Of a stretch of 64,000 nt of DNA, positions 60,101 to 64,000 are shown piece by piece. Under the pieces are notes generated by a model. That model made no database searches. It was given only the letters and a program-made list of their open reading frames with translations, and was not told the origin of the DNA. Source of the DNA: Halocafeteria seosinensis (lineage: Eukaryota); the NCBI GenBank assembly GCA_001687465.1, contig LVLI01000005.1, forward strand, positions 248,001 to 312,000, in the 5' to 3' direction. The translations under genes and the position numbers were made by a program. How positions within the stretch are numbered: the stretch's first letter is position 1; every line of letters begins with the position of its first letter.

Positions 60101-62149
60101 TGGACTTGGAAAAGTTGAAAAAGTTAACGATTTCAGATGCAAAACTAGTGTCGTCTTCCGTTCAATCTATTTTGACTCGAATTCCTGCTGTGAGTTATGG
60201 GGTCCTTGTGTCCTCTTGCGATTGTGTCATGAGACAGCTAGTGAAGTTAATCTCTGTCCGGAAACCTGTTCATAGAGAACTTTCTGTGGAGTCGTTCATC
60301 CCGTTTCTCCAGAATGCCAGGTGGTTAAGTGCTTCTGTTCAAACTCTGACACAAAGAGCCTCCGGGACGGGGAGAAAAGATTTCTTCCGTTCTGCCGAGA
60401 GTTACTCAGGAAGTTCTTCCGTAGTTTCCGCTATTAAGAACCTGTACGATACAATTTTCAGTCAGATGCTTAAGTGCTTGGAAACGATGCACGAGTCCTA
60501 CCGAGAAAGCCTTCAGGCTTATTTGCTGGAAGAAAAATGGAAAGAAGCGCCGGTGCCGCAAAATTGCCAATTTTGTCTCTTGGAGGTTGCATACCTCGCA
60601 ATATGCCCCGAACTGTCTCTCAAATCGGTGGGAGCATCTGTAGAGTTTCGAGGGAGGAGAGACACTTCCCGAGCAGCGGGCGATGATCCCGGGGTTATGC
60701 ACGCGGAAGAGGAATATTCGGAGGACTGCGTTCAGCTCATTTTTAAATCCTCTGGCGAGAAGGAAGCAAGAAAGAATGTTAGCGAAGAAGAAACACAGGG
60801 AAATTCTAGTACCGAACGCTTGATCCGTGTTGGTAATGAGAGTCTAAGTTTAAACTGGGTCACCGACTCGCACAAGTTATTGCTGATGCCTACGTTGGGG
60901 GAGGACAAAGAGAATGAGTCGCAAACCAATGAGATCCACGAGATAGCATGCAAATGCAAGCGTTTTCGCATTGTGAGTTCTGGGGCAGCGTTAATTAAAA
61001 TGGCTTTCGAGTACGTGGAAGCTGCTCAGCTAATATCTCAGTATGAAGACTCGAATTCAACAGGTGCGAGTGCCAATACAAGCGGCGGCCCCAATAGCTC
61101 CAAGTCTATTGTGATGATGATTGCTCAGCTACTTCGCGACTTCCATCAACAGGTCGACTCCCTTATTCTCGGCGCAGGTGCCGTTTCGAACGGTACATTG
61201 CGAACGATTACTGCCAGGCATTTAGCACTTACTCTTCAGACGCTATCGACCACAGCTGCATTCATACCTTTGTTGCGCTCCGCGTTGACGAAGTGTCTTC
61301 CTCCTGCGGAGCACGCAAAGCTTCAGCAACTATGGGTCATTAGCAAGGATTACAGTGATCATATTGATCGGTACGTTTGTTCGAGTACGTATTGTCTTTG
61401 TGTGTGTGTGTTGCTTAGGATGTCTTTTATTTCTTTACAGTCTTCTGTCGAAATTTGCCTCGATCGTTCAAGATCTGATTACCAGTGACAGCCCTGGAGG
61501 ACTGGGCTCGCTAGCGGCAATTGACTGGAATAAATTAGGAGACGATTCTGAATTTGATGAAGCATATTTGGCAATTTCTGGAGATGAACTTCTCAAGGCT
61601 TGTGCTACCAGATTACCGGATACACCGAGACTGACTCAGACTACTGGCAAGTTCCTGAAGAGTATTCAGACACTCCATCGCATTTTAGCCCCGATTCTAT
61701 CTCAGCCTCAATCTGAAGATGTATTTGGTCGCGTGGCGGTAACCTTGTCTGCACAAATTCCTGTAGCCTGTGTAAGTCTTGAGTTCCACAACTTATCTGA
61801 GCCATCAAATTCAGCTCGCATTCGAAGATACAAGCTGTCCCTCTCGCGACAAGCGGATGGAAACACCCAAAGCAATTCTACAGTTACCTTTGATTCTGAA
61901 ACGGAAGAGTTGCTTAACAGGCATGATGAAGATGATCTGGGCCTCAGTACTGCTGGCCGAGCTCGTCTCGCATGGGATATTATGCTACTTGTAAAATCAC
62001 TCAAAGTCCTTCCATGTTTCAATATGGCTGAAACGGATTCTGACGGAGACTCAATGACCACAGGCACTATGGCTATGTCAAGTCTAGTAGCTTGGATGGA
62101 ACGTCAGTTTAATGTGCGTATTAGCTTAGAGCAGTTGTTGGCTGCGTGA
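57154..62149 (+). CDS. VPS54: GARP complex subunit Vps54 with long disordered N-terminal extension
   Basis: LNEIPKVFFDPQFDL, LSKHLDVVENDL..V..R...FHAL, EKWKEAPVP and SLILGAGA...LRTITARHLAL motifs. One intron at ~61371-61440. Confidence 0.88.
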
Positions 62150-62252
62150 TATAAAATACAACACATGGAAAAAGGAGACCCAGTTGCGCTGTTGCTCTCG
62201 CAGCCGTAAAGTGTTCTTTCATATCTAAGAAATAGTACTCTCTTTCTATAAA

Positions 62253-63994
62253 CTATAACGATGACTTCCTTCCGGGCAAGCATTCATATTGATGGATCAG
62301 ACGGGCATACGTTTTAAGCGGGTCCTCGACGACGCCAGTAATGGCAAGGCAACGCAAAATCTTCCCAAAAGGACGGAGATGTCCATGCTTTGCCGCAGCT
62401 ACATACCAGTGAAAGTCACCGTATTCGTGGGCCTCGCTATCAAATATGGGCATATATTCGTCTTTGCGTTCATGGTGCATATACGACCATTCTGCTCTTT
62501 GCGAGAACAACATTCCTGGTCTCTCAGTAGTTGGAAAGTCTACACCATTACCAAGGGGAAGGTCCAAACTTGGCAATATAAGATGGAAAAAATTCTTTTT
62601 CACCCCAAATACGCCTTCCCAGTTAGCACGTGTCCCCATGTTGAACCGATTTCGGGACACACCTCCGAATAACCGACGGGTACTAGTCCGACTGCCGTAG
62701 GATTCAATCGTAGTCTGCAGATTCATACATCCTTGAGACGGCCTCCGTTAAACGGCTGAGAGGAAGACCTCTTACCATGTTGTTTTGTACCAGCATTGTG
62801 TGCCACACGAGAAATAAGCCAACGGCAATTGTCATAGTTATGCAGAGAGAGAACGAAAATAGTATCGCCTTCTTGTGCTCCTGTATTTGTTGATCCACGG
62901 CGCCGAGATTTGCTTTATCTTTCATCCTGATACTATATAGCGCAATCGCCGGAGCCAACGTAAGAACTACAATAAATAGACATCCACAGAGGATGTAGAA
63001 GAGTGATAAATAGAAGTATCTGTAATTGTAATGTCCAATCGTGTTTCCCATCCCTGCACTTCTCCCGAAGACCCCATGAGATAGTAGGAGACATGACCGT
63101 AAAGAAATACAAGCGGCTTACAAGGGCAGAAATGGTCCATTCGGCATACGCACTCTGATGCAACACTATCATGATGGGTTCGAGGGGGCTTTGGGAACTC
63201 ACACCTTTTGCATATTGGCCGGTTGGACAATCGTGAGTCGTCGGTGATATGAACCACTTTTCCGGAAGAGCCTTTTGTGTTTGCGCAACTTGCTTTATAA
63301 TCTAGTGTCGCCTGAATAATGTTATAAGGGATAACATCTGAGGGGTGCCCCTGTATTCATCTCAAAGAGAAATCGTCGCGGTGAAGAATGCTGAACAGCA
63401 GTTGACGCACGTGAGGTCAGTACTTACAGGGTAGGTGCCGGCACAAGCCGTATAGTTAAACAGAATGCCTATAAGGAAAAAGATTCCAATAGGGGTCACG
63501 ATCCACCACTGCATCAGTAGAAAGCATCAAAGTCAATACCATGGTTGTAATTCAAGACGGGAAGTCTTACGTACTTGGAGTGAGTACGTTCCCAGCATCA
63601 AAGGAGCAATGACGGCGAAATAATTATACGCCACAGCACCAACGAGTAGATGAGCTAGAACAATTAACATAGGTCCTAGAGTCCTCATGACAAGCTTAAC
63701 CAGAGCTTTCATGAAGCCTCCCAAGCCCCGTTTATCCCACGGTTCCTTCTTTTGGTTCCTCCACAGGGCCTGATATACGTCATCCACGGACAAGACACCG
63801 TGGGAGGACTGTGCCTGGTCCACTGAGCTATAATCCTCATGTTCGATTGCGTCTGCGTCTCCATTAGCATCAACAGAGGAGTGGTGCTGAGCAGTGCGCT
63901 TGACACTCTCAGTCATGTGGCTTGTTTTACTCGCCCCACCGCTATTTTCAATCTCCACAGAGGGCGAATACTCGTCCTCCGGACTCATAAGCAT
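62253..63994 (-). CDS. DHHC-family protein S-acyltransferase (variant DHFC motif)
   Basis: CKRCEFPKPPRTHHDSVASECVCRMDHFCP|WMGNTIGHYNYRYF across an intron at ~63054-63121; TTIE motif; NRFNMGTRANWEGVFG (PaCCT-like). The start may lie at 63994 or beyond the window edge. Confidence 0.9.
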
Positions 63995-64000
63995 GTCACT

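Noticed and set aside
1..64000. Prokaryotic systems (CRISPR, operons, defence islands), transposons, or a variant genetic code
   Set aside because: The sequence is spliceosomal-intron-rich eukaryotic DNA. There are no repeat-spacer arrays or transposase/RT motifs, and conserved genes translate normally once introns are removed.

Overview
Gene-dense eukaryotic nuclear DNA with short (mostly ~55-110 nt) GT-AG introns and very small intergenic gaps. It is most likely from a stramenopile-type protist, inferred from a mastigoneme-family EGF protein. About 22 protein genes can be read. In order: a giant HECT E3 ligase (runs off the left edge), a possible orphan gene, OPA3-like, TAP42/IGBP1, F-box/LRR, a diaphanous-type formin, a 7TM-RGS fusion, an orphan membrane protein, PIG-C, two tandem Rab5-family GTPases (the second invisible in the ORF track), exportin-7, a low-complexity orphan, a protein O-mannosyltransferase, a mastigoneme-like EGF protein, FolD, an orphan membrane protein, an SLC35F5-like transporter, a possible orphan, Vps54 and a DHHC-family palmitoyltransferase. 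No rRNA, tRNA, CRISPR array or recognisable transposon was seen. The most notable observations are: (1) an unexplained GC-rich ~350-nt intergenic element at 45.5-45.85 kb with nested and mutually exclusive helices (candidate structured ncRNA); (2) a 7TM receptor fused to a split RGS domain; (3) a eukaryote-type PMT lacking the MIR domain; (4) a DHFC palmitoyltransferase that has lost all four ligands of its second zinc site; (5) a formin with an Arg-Pro FH1-like region lacking polyproline runs. Gene identities come from motif recognition by eye; no database searches were run. Exon boundaries were checked only where stated.
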